Source of the DNA: Octopus sinensis
Lineage: Eukaryota
NCBI RefSeq assembly: GCF_006345805.1
Contig: NC_042999.1
Location: 106,020,001-106,084,000, forward strand
DNA length: 64,000 nucleotides
Reading direction: 5' to 3'
Shown: positions 1 to 14,774 of the stretch, piece after piece
Layout of the letters: each line of letters opens with the position of its first letter
Position numbering within the stretch: position 1 is the first letter of the stretch
Notes under the pieces: model-generated
What the model saw: the letters and a program-made list of their open reading frames with translations, nothing else
Told to the model about the DNA's origin: nothing
Database searches by the model: none
Program-made: the position numbers and the translations under genes

Positions 1-424
1 ATCTAATTCTCAGAAAGGACTTTTTTCCTACTATGATTTGTGTATGTGCGTCTGTTTGTTTGTGTATTCATACATATATGCATACACATATATATATGAT
101 ACATATTTACAGTGAGGGTCACTACGTTCTAAAGTGGTGAATGTTTTGTATACGTACAAAATACACAAGACCCATTGATGCTGGTATTTGCTCGATTCTT
201 ATAGCCTCATGATATGCAGACTGATGAAATTTAAGAAAGGATTAGGACATATTTCATTATTTATTTTTAAAGTAAGCATATACCTTAACTAATATTCTTT
301 GTAAAGTATTGAGCCAGATATTTGTACTTGTAGATATCTTGCGTTGAAATCCTTGTACTCTGTAAAAATATCTTTTTTAAATAATACATTAACTTCAAGA
401 AAAACTATAGATTATTTAACGTAC

Positions 425-505
425 GACTCTATAGGCGAAGATTCGTCTCTTAGCTATAGACATGATAACATTTTCTTCAGCAGTTGCCTCTTGTTCAAGG
501 AAGAT
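425..505 (-). CDS. candidate exon of unidentified minus-strand gene (IFLEQEATAEENVIMSIAKRRIFAYRV)
   Basis: 81 nt, open in phase 0, donor GTC|gtacgt; acceptor is a weak ...ttttgtaag; link to the other exons not established. Confidence 0.25.
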
Positions 506-1039
506 CTTACAAAAGTCAATAAATTATTCAGTAATATTTGAGAATCGTTGCAATGAATAATGGAAATAACTGAAAGGTAATTTCCATTTTTAAACATTTT
601 GACAATTTAGAAATGTAATGCAAAAACAAAGTTACAGAACAAAAGTTAGAATTATAGATTTGCCATCTATCCCAATGCAAAAGAAATATTACATTGAATA
701 TGGCAAAATGTGTATGTTCCGTTTTTATATTGAATCAACTAAACGAAATAATCGTCTGAATGAGCTTCGGTTATGAAAAATCTTAATACGTAATGCTATA
801 ACTAAGGAACAAAAATATCAATCTTCCAACTTACAGAAACACTCTCATAATGCAGTAGAAGACACAAATAGAAATATTGTATCTGTTGTAATTCAACAAT
901 CGCAGAAAACACAGCAACTTACATTGAACCAAACGACACCGTCCAATCCTGTATTGGTATCTAATTCAATTAAAACAATTAGACTCACAAAATGGTTTCA
1001 AAATTTCGGGACAATGCTAACAATTTCGGATGTGAGGGA

Positions 1040-1190
1040 AAGTTTATTACATCGACCCTAGTGTTCAAATTATATCCACCCCGAAGGGATGAAAGCTAAA
1101 GCCAACCTTGGTAGAATTTGAACTTAGAATGAATAGACAAACAATAAAGACGCAAAGCATTTTACCGACGTTTTAACGATACTGGCATGT
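1040..1190 (-). mobile_element. degenerate tRNA-derived SINE (family of 55434-55668)
   Basis: reverse complement aligns by eye to the B-box (gttcaaattc) and the gcttt-catcccttcggggt core of the intact copies. Confidence 0.65.
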
Positions 1191-1777
1191 AAGGAAATAT
1201 ATGGAATTTTAAGGGAAGAAAACATTTTTAAGACTATTGATTGTATCGAGAATTGTAAAATCAAAACTTTCAGAATCGATAACGAATTTCTTCATAGTGT
1301 TGATATAAATGGCAAACAGATAGCTTATTGTTTTACATGCAATGAGAAATAAATAGGTCAAACGGAAACGAGATCAATGGAGCAAGTCAGGGTCCGTAAA
1401 CAATATATCATGTATAACCCATGACGGGATATATTCCTTAAGTGGAATTGGAAAATGGAAAGTATTCAAGCTTTATACATTAAATGTAAAACAATTATCA
1501 TTTACAACTTTCAACTTTCCACTTGCAATACAAAACTGAAATGGAAATATGAATAAATGTGGTCGGACACGTAAATATGTTTTACCTTAAATAGTCTGCG
1601 TTTTGAAGCTAACACTAAGAAAATAGCTTGCACAAAAACTTGTGTCTGCAATTCTCTGTTCATCTGCTCTTTTAAAGATATTTTTATGTAATGAATAATT
1701 TTTAATTTACAAAGGCATTTTTTTCAAATATGATGAAATTATCATGAAAGTTTTGTACTTAAATATAAAACGCATAT

Positions 1778-1822
1778 GTATATGTGCGTATGTATGTATA
1801 TATATATATATGTGTGTGTGTA

Positions 1823-1865
<43 letters not shown>

Positions 1866-1880
1866 ATACACACACATATG
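1778..1880. repeat. (TA)n/(TG)n microsatellite
   Basis: direct reading. Confidence 0.95.
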
Positions 1881-2384
1881 TAGCCATCCACACAGAGAAA
1901 CACACCTCTGTAGGCGTGTATGTAACTGCAAAAAATATAATTATCTTTATTTAAATCACATACTATTATATGTCAGATATTTTAGTTTGGCACGTAACTG
2001 TATACATTGATAACGCTTTTTCTCGTCCCTGACACTTCTTCAGTTTATCTACTAGACATCAGTTCCAAGGTGTTATTTATTTTCATATGTATTTCAATGT
2101 TTTTGTAATAACACTTTTGGCTTTTCAAATTTTAATCTTATAGTTGTCTTATTAATTTCTATATGGCAGGCACACATACATGAACGCAAACACATATATA
2201 CCCCCACATACACACGGAAACTGAAAGAATATGTGTGTGCGTGTGTGGGTGTTTCTGTGTTTGTGTCTCTGTTTGACCCCCATGTATAGTCTTAGGACAG
2301 CAGCATCAAAATTAGGTGAGAGGATGTCTAGTCATCTTTTTGACTTGTGAATGCAACATACCGAAGGGAAATAAACTTGAAACG

Positions 2385-2445
2385 AGCTAAATACTGCTAA
2401 GCATTTCGCCCAGCGCGCTAATGATTCTGCCACCTTGCCGTCTTA
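2385..2445 (-). mobile_element. 5' head fragment of the same SINE family
   Basis: rc ggcaaggtggcagaatcattagcgcgctgggcgaaatgcttagcagtattt matches the head of 55434. Confidence 0.7.
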
Positions 2446-2879
2446 ATAATATTAATCATAAGGAGTATGGAGACTTGTATACCCATGATATCTCATTTTA
2501 TAGTAATATACATCATATTACAGTGACGTACACGTGTTTCTACTGCAGCGACTACACATTGATGCAGATGCAAATTTGCAATATTGTCAGAGCAATTTCG
2601 TCAGGGTCAGTACATTTGGCCTTCCTCGCAGTAAACTGTTTGAAGCAAGTTTCTATAGTGTTTCGTAGAATTTAGGGGTGTTGTTCAATATAAGTACATG
2701 TTTCTACCCTGTTGCCGGCGGAAGTTGGGGTGTGGTTTTCATAATGTTTTTTGCTTGTCTTAATAGTTGTGTGCGCTATTTTTTATTCAGAGTACAGTGT
2801 CTATATACAGGTGTTTCTGTTTGTTTAAATTAATTTTGTGGGGTTTGGTTATACATATACACGCATATATATATATATT

Positions 2880-3185
<306 letters not shown>

Positions 3186-4185
3186 CGTATATCGTAAGCG
3201 TTGCACTGAAGTATTGATATAAATATATGTCTAGAATATACCAAATGTCTCAATGCATGGGTGTGTTTATATATGTGATGTTTCATGAAATACCATTCAC
3301 CTGATAATATGATGCATATATTACTTCTCTGTCGCATATACGTTCAATGTTTTCTGTAAATCTACAATTCCGTTTGCACTAGACATCTCTAATGTTATTC
3401 TGTAATACATTAGAAATCACTATCTATGATACACTTATCGGATAAGGTAACATGTATATGAATTCAAATAACAAATTTGAACTATCAAAGTAGTATTTTC
3501 AACTCACTCTCACGCCATAAGACCCCATTATTCACTACCTAGGATTTGGTTTCAATTCTAGTCAGGCATCTTTCACATAAAACATTGTGAGACATAGAAC
3601 ACTTTCATAGTCACATTTACTGATTCATTCTTTTCTAAATCTTGGTTACTTCGCTTATATCGCTTTGCTCCTTATATTAATATATATTATTATTTCTTTT
3701 CTCGCATGCATATGCTTCAAAGTTCTTTTCTGTTTGAGTTAGTATAATTTCTCTTCATATTTCTGCATTTACGTTTTATCTAATATGGCAACAAGCAAAA
3801 GAAAGAGAAGGAGAAGCAATTGCGATAACTGTTTCTACAAAATATTTGCCAAATGATCGACTTAATAATTCATATTTATATGGTCGAAAATTGCAATTTA
3901 TAGACACATATTTCAACTTCTTTGTGTTCAGACCCTGTTTTCGCAATTCTCTTGTATTGCATATAATATACTTAATTTACCTTACATATACCGTCATGTA
4001 TAAATGGACCATAATAATAGACTAGCTACAAAAGTAGCTAGTAGACTATGGAGGATTGATTGAGTTTTCTCGGTTATGTCAGTTATGTCTCAGATCACCT
4101 CTTTATATATTTAAAGTAAAATAGATTTAAAAGATGTGTATTGATTTATTTGTACACACACATACACACAGACAGACGCATATAT

Positions 4186-4259
<74 letters not shown>

Positions 4260-4751
4260 ATGTACATAAGCACTGGAGGAATAAAAAGGGAGAAATACCA
4301 CATCATTCAAAAACTGTAAGGACAAAAACCGAAACACATAAGAGACTTTATTTCTTTTTATCACCAAATCTTTCCCGCTGTTCGTCTCTTCGCCAGTGTA
4401 AAAAGTAAAGGAAATATGAAGTGTCGATCACATTAGTTTAATGGTAATTTTTATTCTCATGAGACCGGTGCTTTCAGTTCCCTGCCTCTATTTCTTCACT
4501 TCTTTTCTCAACTGTTAAGAGAGTAAGAAAAAAAGAAAAGAAAATCCACCGTATATAATTCCTAACTGTTTTTTCTTGAATATAGACCGGGTAATTTAAT
4601 AATCTCAAGTTATTTTGTACTGAGGGTCCGATAACAAATGTATAAGGGTACTATGTACAACATTAAGAACACAGAAAAACAGAAAAAAACAAGACAGCGG
4701 ATAATATGGACATATTTCATAAGCACTCTCACTCACTAGAAAATACCTCTC

Positions 4752-4777
4752 AATAATACTACTACTACTACTACTAC

Positions 4778-4831
<54 letters not shown>

Positions 4832-4856
4832 TAATAATAATAATAATAATAATCAT
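4752..4856. repeat. (TAC)n-(TAA)n microsatellite
   Basis: direct reading. Confidence 0.95.
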
Positions 4857-4934
4857 TACGTTGTCTTCGCTGCTCTGACATGTCAGCAGCTCAATATACA
4901 GAATCGCTAACCCAGCAGAACAACAGTAAAAATA

Positions 4935-5685
4935 ACTCTGAAAGACTGGATTATCTACAGTTTTCTGTGAGTAATTTGAATTTCCCTCAAAATAAGTTAA
5001 GGACCTTACATAACTACAGCTTTGGACATAGAAACGAACACCTCCAAAAATTTTGAAACTTTAATATTTCCAAATCTGTGTGAACATTTTGTCTTCCTTT
5101 CTCCCCTTACTAAGAGAATATGTAAACAGGGCTTTTATTGTAACATAACAATTAAATGCACGATGAAAAAAATTAAGGAAGTAAGCACCTGCCTATATAC
5201 AAATTGCACAACTACAAAACCTGTAAACCACAGCAAAACTTTTAAATAGAAAAGAAAAATTCCAAAAGAAAAAGAAATTCAGAAATTCAAAAATCCAACA
5301 AGGTGAACATTTCTTCTTCCAACTATTCTCAATGACTGGAATATCTACAATTTCCTGTGAATATTTTAAATCTCCCTGAAAATATTATTAATTAGGAAAC
5401 TTACATACCTTCAGCTTTCGACACACAAACGATAAGATTAAAAAAAGAAAAACTTAATATCTACAAATATTGTGCGAATACTTATCCTTTCCTCTCTCCC
5501 TGAGTATTCGAAAATGCAAACATCCTTTTCATTGCAAAATCCGTACTGTATTCTCCAACTGGACAGACAAACGAACATCTCAAGAAAATTTAAAGACTGT
5601 AATATATTACCCAATTACGTAAACACAACTTTTGTTACAACACAATTGAATTCAGAAATTCAAAACTTCAGCTACGTGAATATCA
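4935..5685. repeat. old diverged tandem duplication, period about 375-390 bp
   Basis: gactggattatctacagttttctgtga (4944) vs gactggaatatctacaatttcctgtga (5334); both units end in aattcagaaattcaaaa...gtgaa. Confidence 0.7.
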
Positions 5686-5693
5686 GTATATAC

Positions 5694-5786
<93 letters not shown>

Positions 5787-6029
5787 ATTATTATTTTTTT
5801 CTACTAGTAATTACAAACAGGACAGGTTTAAATGCTTCTTTTCAAGGCAGTGCTCTCAGTGGCTACTGGTAGTAGTAAACACATTTGACCGCTGCTGACC
5901 CAAAGGGGGCGAAGATTCATTTGTCTCTATTGCTTACCTCCCCACCATAGGCCGAATCTGTTTATAGACCTGTAGATTATGATCTATTCACCAAACTGCT
6001 ACTCAAATATTTTCTAAAAAAATGGTAGT

Positions 6030-6440
6030 GGTGGTGGAGGACGAACCTGACAGTAGAAATTAGGAGGGATATCTTCCAAGGGGACTGCGTGTCCCCACTG
6101 ATCTTTGTACTGTGCTTGCTACCACTGATACTGATTCTGAGGAAAGCAAAAGCTAGGTATGTTTTCAAAAGCCGCCAACAAAATGTCAACCATTTGTTAT
6201 TCACGGATGACCTTAAACTTTATTATAAAGATGAAACCCAAGTCAGTTCCTTCGCTGTTACGGTGTATATCTTCAGTGCTGATATCATAATGGAGTTCGG
6301 ACTGAGAAAGTGTGGTGTGTTAGTATTGAAAAGAGGCAAAATCAAATGTATAGGCGGGCTAACGATACTGTCGGGGGAGGTTATGAAGCAGATGGAAGAG
6401 ACGGGCTATAAGTACTTGGGGATTTTGGAAATGGGTAGGT
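6030..6440 (+). mobile_element. reverse transcriptase fragment of an R4/Dong- or NeSL-like non-LTR retrotransposon
   Basis: IRRDIFQGDCVSPLIFVLCL, NHLLFTDDLKLY (YxDD-equivalent), MEFGLRKCGVL and GYKYLGILE motifs; truncated at both ends. Confidence 0.9.
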
Positions 6441-8199
6441 ACAGTTCTTCATAATACTTGACAAATATCATTTGATGTTTTCAACTATTACCTTCAGATA
6501 GTATATGGTACCTTAACTTCCTTAGCGAAAATATCTATCGCATATTTTCATTTAAGTTTTAATCACAACGAAAATAATATTTTCGTTTGGATATATTAAT
6601 GAAGATGCATTTAATTCAAAATTATTTACTCAAAACACACACCATTTGTTTGTGTATTCCTCATAATCTAATCGATTTATACATTTATATTTGTGGCATA
6701 TGTTTGAAGTTGGAAACAGCTTAAACGAACACTCTTCAGAATTGGGATATTACATCCTTCATCAGATACAATTATTTAAAAATCGTTTGCTTTGTGAACC
6801 TAATGCTACCATTGTCACAGTGAATATCTAGATGTCGCTATTCAATAGATATCAACTCTCGAAATCATTTCAGCATATATTTCTTTTGACATTCATGGTC
6901 TGAGTGACATTTCACTTAGACAATCTAACAGTCTTCTCAAGTGTGTATAAAAATGTCTTATTACTTCATATCTCGTAGAGTATTTGCTTACTGCATAATT
7001 GAACATTATAGATATAATACACATATTCGTTTTACGTAAGAATTTCATAAAACCAGCAGCTCTCAAGTTTTAACCAATATTTCATCAATAAAGAAAATAG
7101 TACTGTAAGAATTCTGATATTACAAGCTAAGGCGTATTCAAGTATAACAAATAATACATGTGATGAGTCATGAAACATTATACCGATTCTCTACTTCTTT
7201 ATACGTAGTACGGATTAAGGTGAACCGTCAACAAAATATTTCTATTCATTGTCAGCAGCAGACTATATATCTAAATTGTGGTTATTGAAATCAGTGAGTA
7301 GTCAAGTTTACTAGACCTTGTTTTGAACATGGATTATAAACACCAAAGAGTTGCGCAACATTGTTGGATTAGATTTATGCCACAGCTTTATCTGTTCAAA
7401 CAGCACATTCGACTGATGTTTCAACGTATGCCATCATTACTAAGGGTATTTTTTACAATTTCAGATTTGCACCAATCGATATTTAATTCATCGGAAAGTA
7501 GGGAAAATTTAAATGAAAATTTCACGGCTAGTTAAAGTAATTAAAATTATTATGCAAAATATGTGTGGCTATTTTAATATTAGTTATAAAAAATATTTAT
7601 TGTTCTTCTCAGAATCAATATTGATTCAGTAGAAACAGGTTTAAGAGCATTTCAGAAACTACTAGTCTTTTTTATAGTGTATAACTGGAAATGACTTCCA
7701 CCTTTAAACCTGAAAAATTCAGATTTGAGAGAGAGATTTTCGTCTAATTTCTAGCAGCTGGAGAAAGTAGGTTTGGGCTCTGGACGTGCGTGACACATAG
7801 TGACAATAGCAGCATCAAGACCTCTGGGAGTGAAATATATTAGAATCTTAATGATTATAGTAAACCTACAGGTGAAAGCTTAAAACTTTGTTTTATTCGT
7901 ATTTAAGCGCCACCATTTACATACTTTTACATTTCATATCTTTCTATTTAAGCTACATAATATTTTCATGGACTATTCTTCAAATTTCATACTACATAAT
8001 TTGTGAGCCCGTTATTCCTTAAACAGTAGTTACTGGTAATGGAAAAGAATCTGGCCTTTTCTATTCCATTATAAAATCTAGATTTGACTAGAGGCTAGGT
8101 AGCATTGTTGCCTGAGATCGGATTTCCATTGTCTAGATTATAAGATCTATATGTACATACGAAGAGAATTACAATGAAGTTGATTCTAATTTTCCTTAC

Positions 8200-8222
8200 T
8201 TTTGTGAATTTTTTACTGATCT
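8200..8222 (-). CDS. candidate 23-nt micro-exon (RSVKNSQ)
   Basis: aatttcag|...AAA|gtaagg; phase-0 start fits the exon at 9014-9081. Confidence 0.35.
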
Positions 8223-8559
8223 CTGAAATTGGCCACATTATGCTTAACTGTTTATATTTCATTTAAATCGTTAATGCCTAAATTCATTTTTGCATTGAAT
8301 CACAAATGAATAACTTCACTTAACTTATACAGAGTGATCGTCTTCACAATTAGAGGTAATGAAATCAATAAAAATGTATAATTTAATGTTAGGCATGTTA
8401 ACAACTTGTTTAAATATGCATTAAATATAATTAAAGGCCAATTTCAAGAATATATGCATATAATCTAATGAGCAAATTTCGTTGTAGATTCTTTTTCAAA
8501 GCTAATTCAGACACATATTCTTCAGAAATTGTATAAATAAGAAAGCTAACTGCATTAAC

Positions 8560-8880
8560 AAGAGCAACAACAAAACTCGTAAATGAGCTCTAGAAAGATC
8601 AATACTAGCATGTACATAAAATCAACATATGCGACAATAATGATGATATTACAAGGACAACATGACAGCAACTTTTAAATGAACGTTATGAATAACAACT
8701 GCAACAATAAAAGCAGAAAGAATGACAACTACAATAAATGCCCAAAAATAATTTACGAGAATTCTACATGACAATACTAAAGAAAACAGATTAGAGAAGC
8801 ACTAATAATTACAACAGCAACACAGATAATGAGAATACCACGAACAACAGTATCAACAAGAAATACAGTAATATTAAGAA
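8560..8880. repeat. decayed (AAC/AAT)n trinucleotide low-complexity tract
   Basis: residual period-3 aca/ata pattern. Confidence 0.7.
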
Positions 8881-9013
8881 TGATCGTCTCCACATAAAAA
8901 AAGAAAGAAATTAAAATAAACTATGAAAAGAGAAAAAATATATCAAAACGACGGTGTACGATAGTAATCTGCATCTTTCGCTAAGAAGGTATGTTTTCTT
9001 GCTAAGTATTTAC

Positions 9014-9081
9014 CTTGATGTATTCTTTTTCTTTTCTCAGGCTTTGTCTATATTCTTTCTTGTGTAAAATTAATTTCATGA
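9014..9081 (-). CDS. candidate exon (FMKLILHKKEYRQSLRKEKEYIK)
   Basis: strong acceptor tcttcttttcttcag, strong donor AAG|gtaaat; open only in the phase-1 frame, which matches the exon at 11909-11977. Confidence 0.5.
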
Positions 9082-10037
9082 CTGAAGAAAAGAAGATATG
9101 CATGAACATTGTACAAACAGAATATTGAATGTACGGAAAGAACCGGGTACACTTTGAAGTGACGTATATTCCATGATGAATTATAACTGGAAATTTATTT
9201 CTTCTAACATTTGTTTATGTATTCATTCATTTATTAACTTTTCTTTGGCTGTTGGAATAGAGAAACCTATTAATTCTTTCAGATCAAATTACCAAACATC
9301 ATTTATATTCATTACTTTGAGGTTCACTATAACTATGTAAGGAAATATTTCTAGCGATGTGTGTTTATGTGTACCAGTTTCTCTGTGCTTATGCATACTG
9401 AAATTTGTATGACAACTCCACTATATGCTCATATGTATTAAAATGATATGAATAGTGAAATGGGTCATTTGTTTACCAGTTAAATTTTAATTTCTATATT
9501 AATCACTTGATAATTCAATATGGAGTGTCATACATATATTTTTCATATGCCTACTATGAATGTTACATTTAAAATTCAACAAATTTGCTTCTATTATCAT
9601 CCTTTGTGAATTTCGTTCTCTTAAGATTTATCTAAGTTAAAAGTCTAGCTTCATATGATTAAATACATTCAATCATATGCTTGCAAATATTTCAATATGT
9701 AAGTAGTTCCTTACACTGTGATATTCCTGCTACAATGAGCTAAATAGTACTAGATATTCCCGTTCTACACTGCAGATAATTACGCGCAATTATGTTGCGA
9801 TATATCAATATGAGAGATTAATTCTAAAACTTTAGGTAACCTATACGAAAGACAGCTTGAAAAGCAAGTTTTACATCTAAAAATCCAATGCAAGTTTCAT
9901 TTTTATTAGTTGTATGTATGTAGCAATTTGTGAAATTATATCTCATAGCTTATACAAATAATTAAATTGCTTTATATTTCAAAATTAGTATTACCTGCAC
10001 GTTATTCACCCAATTACCTACAGATGATAATTGTGAC

Positions 10038-10359
10038 GGCGCATGGTTCTGTAGTTAGAGCAACTAGCTTACGATCGTGAGGTTGTTTGTTCGATTCCCG
10101 GACCGGGCTGCGTGTTGTATTCTTGAGCGAGACACTTCATTTCGCGTTACTCCAGTTAAGTCAGCTGTAGAAATGAGTTGTGACATCCAAGATGTATCAG
10201 CCTTTGCCTTTCCCATGGATAATATTAGTGGTGTGAAGTGGGGAGGCTTGTATGTATTGGCGACAACCGTTCTTCTATAAACAACCTTGTCTGGACGTGT
10301 GCCTCGGAGGGTAACTTTCTAAGTGCAATCCTATGGTCATTCATGACCGAAGGGGTCTC
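10038..10359 (+). mobile_element. tRNA(Arg)-related CORE-type SINE, near full length
   Basis: tRNA-like head with ACG anticodon-like loop and gttcgattccc B-box; CORE-like ttgagcgagacacttcatttc...cagctgtagaaatgag; second copy at 50088-50413 (-). Confidence 0.85.
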
Positions 10360-10596
10360 CCATGAATCCAATTCACATCAAGAGATGAAAAACCAAGTAT
10401 TCTATTACATGTGTTCGTTTAGAGATAATAAAAAAATCAACAAAAAACGTAACCAGAGAACCGATTACAGAGTAGATTTTATGGCAGATCGCGTCATATC
10501 AAGCCATAGTATACTACACTCTATGTTCATACATTAAAACACCTCATTCTTATATGTAAGATATTCGGAGATCCAAAAGGAACAGTAACGAAACTA

Positions 10597-11110
10597 TTAG
10601 ATTGGCCAAAAATACGTTCGGTTTTCGTCAACTGTAAACTTCAAACATTCTAATAAATAGCTAACTCGTACATGAGCACTCGTTAGATACTTGGAACTAA
10701 ACGTAGTTCGAGGTGAATTCTCAACAAGACAGGTTGTTTTCGGTGTTTTCACTAAAAATGCAATAACAAATGAACATTATCAACACTTCAAGCAATTTCA
10801 GTTGAGAAAAAGCAAGAAAGTGGAGAAAACTGCACGAAGAGGTGTGCTGTGTACCAACAGGATTCTTATACGTATCATATGTTCCAGAAATTGTTCTCCA
10901 AATTTCCATACGGAAACGAAGATTAACAGCGACAGAATAAAACGATTAGTGGACCCCAGTCCCCGCTATACGACTAAGATGATCGTAGATATTCTCCAAC
11001 TATCCTAATCGAGTGTACAAAACTATTTGCATTAACTCGATTACGTCAGCAGTTTCGATGTTTGTGTCCCAAATAAAGAGAATGCGGTTAGCCTCATAAA
11101 CAGAATGAGG
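10597..11110 (+). mobile_element. 5' part of a decayed mariner transposon
   Basis: TA+TTAGATTGGCCAAAAA mariner-type TIR; remnant YVSSFDVCVP resembles GYVxKxDxWVPH. Confidence 0.6.
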
Positions 11111-11908
11111 CCAACATATTATCATCTACGAATTTAGAATTTCCAGCCACTGATGAGTTTATCATCAGCTTAGTACACTCATTAACTGGCCAAGAAAACA
11201 CTGCTAATAAACACGCAGATCGTAAGGACTTCGATAGTCCCGCCTGTTTGCTTTGTTTATATGATGCTTTCTTGACAGATAATTTAACAAATAAATTGTT
11301 GGCTTATAAAACCTTTGTTTCAATGTTGTTTTATACTAAAATGTATGTCTAGATTTGAGTGAAAACAGACAATTGTCAACGCGAGACCATTTAAGTGAGT
11401 ATTTAAGTGAAATGCCAACACAGGCTGAAAATATAAGACTGCTCTTTCTTCCGTTTGCACTGGTGAACAATCTGAATAGTTTTACTGCAGTAATATTAAA
11501 GAAATAGTGAAAGTATATATACTGTCAATATCACGTTTCCTTATCCGATACACTTTAAATATGTATGTCTGAAACTCATTATTCTCTATTGTGCATTTTG
11601 GATAGATTTCAGTAATTGAATCCCAAGCCTCAGATAAGAAAAATAGGTTAGAGATTATGATGGGAACGTCGGGGATATAAGTAAGTATTCACATATTTAT
11701 TCTGTTTCCCAAATGGAATTTATGGGTTTGAAACGAGATACAAATATGAAATATAATTTGAAACAATACCTGACTTCCTAATAGTTTATGAAATAAGTAT
11801 TACTAATACCCATGAGACTTTTACATCATTCTTTCAAATATTCCCTTTCATGGAATATCTATGTAAAGAAAATCCTGTAGAAACAGGACACCACTTTAAT
11901 TTTCTTAC

Positions 11909-11977
11909 AATATCCACATAGAATTGATGCTGAAATGATTTCGAAGAATCTGCCATATCGTTTCGGTGCTTCTTTTT
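11909..11977 (-). CDS. candidate 69-nt symmetric exon (EKEAPKRYGRFFEIISASILCGY)
   Basis: acceptor ttattttattctgcag, donor ATT|gtaaga; phase 1 fits both neighbouring candidates. Confidence 0.5.
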
Positions 11978-12880
11978 CTGCAGAATAAAATAATAATATC
12001 GGTCTTAAGAGAAGAATATTAAGTGCAGTGGCCGAGTGGTCACTTCACTTATTTAGCTTATATCTGGTTGACTGCACAAAGAATCTTAGGTGATACTTTC
12101 TCAGTCTAAAGTTTCCTCACTGTCTAGAAACTACAGCTTTCAAGTACGGAAATTAGCTTATAGACAAAAAGAATATTGAATTAATATTGCTGTAATGAAA
12201 CATACAGCAAGAGAACTAATGGCGATTTCAGAATATATTTTTTCCAAGCGGATGAATGTTTTCAAATAACTTCTATTTGGTTAAAAATACAATTTCCTTC
12301 ACAAAAATTCTGCTTGCTATTGTGATGTTTGGTGAACTAAGCTGAGTTACGATAATTTAGGATACACACAGTCAGAGTCCATAAAACTAAATATTTGCAA
12401 TTCTCCCGGTTTAATATTATGATAACTAGTTAGTCAACTTCATTCCTTTTTACAGTACAACAAGAGATGTAGAGAAGAATGACCGCTTATGTGACTGAGT
12501 AAATTGAAATCTGTAAAGAAAAACCATTGCCTGATATTCTTGTTGGTAATGTTAGGAATCAATTTATTTTCTGCTAGTAATTACAAGTTTTGCGCATTGG
12601 TGTGAAATATATTCCTCGCTCTTAAGATATAAGTATTCACAGTTCTTTCATATGTTTATAGATTTTTTAAAACTAATATCCTATTTCTCGCGAAGCCTTG
12701 AATGGTACCATTCTTTGTAATTAACCAATCATTTCAAAGTACGTGTATGCAGATCAACACAGTCTCTATAAGTACACACATGTATATAAAATAATGCATA
12801 TAAATCATCGTCGATAGGAAGTAATAACATTGCCTAAAATCACATAATATTTGAAAATTGTTATCATAGAAGTATATCTA

Positions 12881-14028
12881 TGAGGGTGGTTTCAAAATTT
12901 CATAAAATGACTATAAAGAAGTGATGCTTCAAATTTCAAATCTTGCACGCATTAATTTCAACTATTCTTATTGTTAACTGCATTGATTTGTCCGAGTAAA
13001 ATGAGGTACGACTATTCATGAAGACTTTGAAAGTAACTATTAGTGACTCCTCCTGAAAATGTACAAATTTTGGCATCAATTACCTACAGAAAAAAATTTA
13101 GCAGATAAAAATATTCATACTGACATAGTGTCTATATTAGTGGATGACGTCCCAAAATTATCAATATGGCAAAAGTGGGCAGCTGAATTTGGGAGGGGAG
13201 GGATTGTCTTGAAGGTGACCTGATGTCTGGACGTCCTGCAACCGAGGATAACATTGATCCTGTTCACCACATTATGCCAGGTCTCAGACAAATCACTATG
13301 AATCAAATACCCAATGCTATTAACATATCACGTGTGAGAGTTGAGATTATTCTCCACCAGGAACTTAGCATAACGAAAGCTTTTGCTCGGTGTGAGTCAC
13401 GTCTTCTGACACCGGGTCAAAAGCGCACAAGGCTGATCATATAACGGGTAAATTTGGCATTGTCTGAGGCAGATACGAGTGGTTTCTTCGAGCGTTTCCT
13501 AACTCCACATAAGTATTGGGTTCATAACTTTAACCACAGAGACAATCCATACGGTGGGAACAACCCTCTACACCTACTGAAAAGAAGGCCAAGGTCGTTT
13601 CAGCTGAAGGGAAGGTAATGACCTTAGGTGTTTGAGATGCAAAATGCATTTTGGTTTTTGAATAACTTCAAGAGGGCCCCGCCATCAATGGAGCGTACTA
13701 TTCTAGCTTGCTGACGTAGTCACGAAAGGCCACGAACACCAAACGCCCAGTAAAACCGATGAAAGTTGTTTTGGTTCCTTACATCCATGCTCCAATACAC
13801 AAGGCCTTGGCTTCAGTGGTTGCTTTGTGTGTTGTTGTTTTGAACCGGTTGATCATCCTCCTTATTCTACCGATTTGGCTCCACCTGAATATCATCTGTT
13901 CCAAGCGTTGCAACACCGATAGAAGAAGTGTGTGAAAAGCAAGAGGGGCTATGTTGAAGAATGAACCTATTTGGTCACATCACATGGTAGTGTCTTGGTC
14001 AGATTCTGAAATCTTCAGTCTACCCTCG
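12881..14028 (+). mobile_element. decayed near-full-length mariner transposon
   Basis: TA-flanked imperfect TIRs (tgagggtggtttcaaaattt / aatcttcagtctaccctcg); remnants SGRP, RLLTPGQK and HPPYSTDLAPPEYHLF; many stops and frameshifts. Confidence 0.9.
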
Positions 14029-14687
14029 TATACCCATTAACATACATTTTTGTGCGTGTATATACAAGAAACATCACTCAAGTGTTTATCTGTGCTTTTC
14101 AACATGAAACAAACGAAAATCTAAATAAATAATTCTCCAGCTGCTACAATACATGTATTAATAGCATAAAATAAAACATAATTATATAATGTTGCATTTA
14201 GAATGACAGGAAAACAGGACGTACAGTATAAATTAGATAAATAGAAGTTAATATACGCATTACAACAAAATAAAACTAAAATAAAACAATACAGAAACAC
14301 ACAAGGTTTCTCATTTTTGGAAACGCCAGCTCTGTTATAACAAAATCATATATATATATATCAAAATATCTCACTCCGCAGTTAGTCAATATGCTTGACA
14401 ATGAATTATTAATAATGATAGCCGTGCACAAAAATGCACAATTACCGGATGATCCATGTCACTGTAATGGCAAACATGTATACAATAAAAGGATCGCAAT
14501 TACATTTGCGGTTTACTTCACTTATATGCATAATTTTATCAAGATGTGAAGCGATGTTTTGAAAATTATATTGGCATATGTGTATCTATGTATCTACTTA
14601 TATATGTATACACTTCTCCCGCATGCAAACATACACTCACACATATATACATATAGAGAGATACTTCATACATATATATGTATGTAT

Positions 14688-14738
<51 letters not shown>

Positions 14739-14774
14739 AGTGCTTGTGTTTGTGTGTGTGGCTGGGTGTGTTAA

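Noticed and set aside
4021-4042. Perfect 9-bp hairpin actagctac-aaaa-gtagctagt
   Set aside because: Isolated, with no supporting context; compatible with chance in 64 kb
11147-11190. CTGATGA flanked by gcca/tggc, possible hammerhead
   Set aside because: No GAAA or stem III in place, and the core pairs with a nearby TCATCAG
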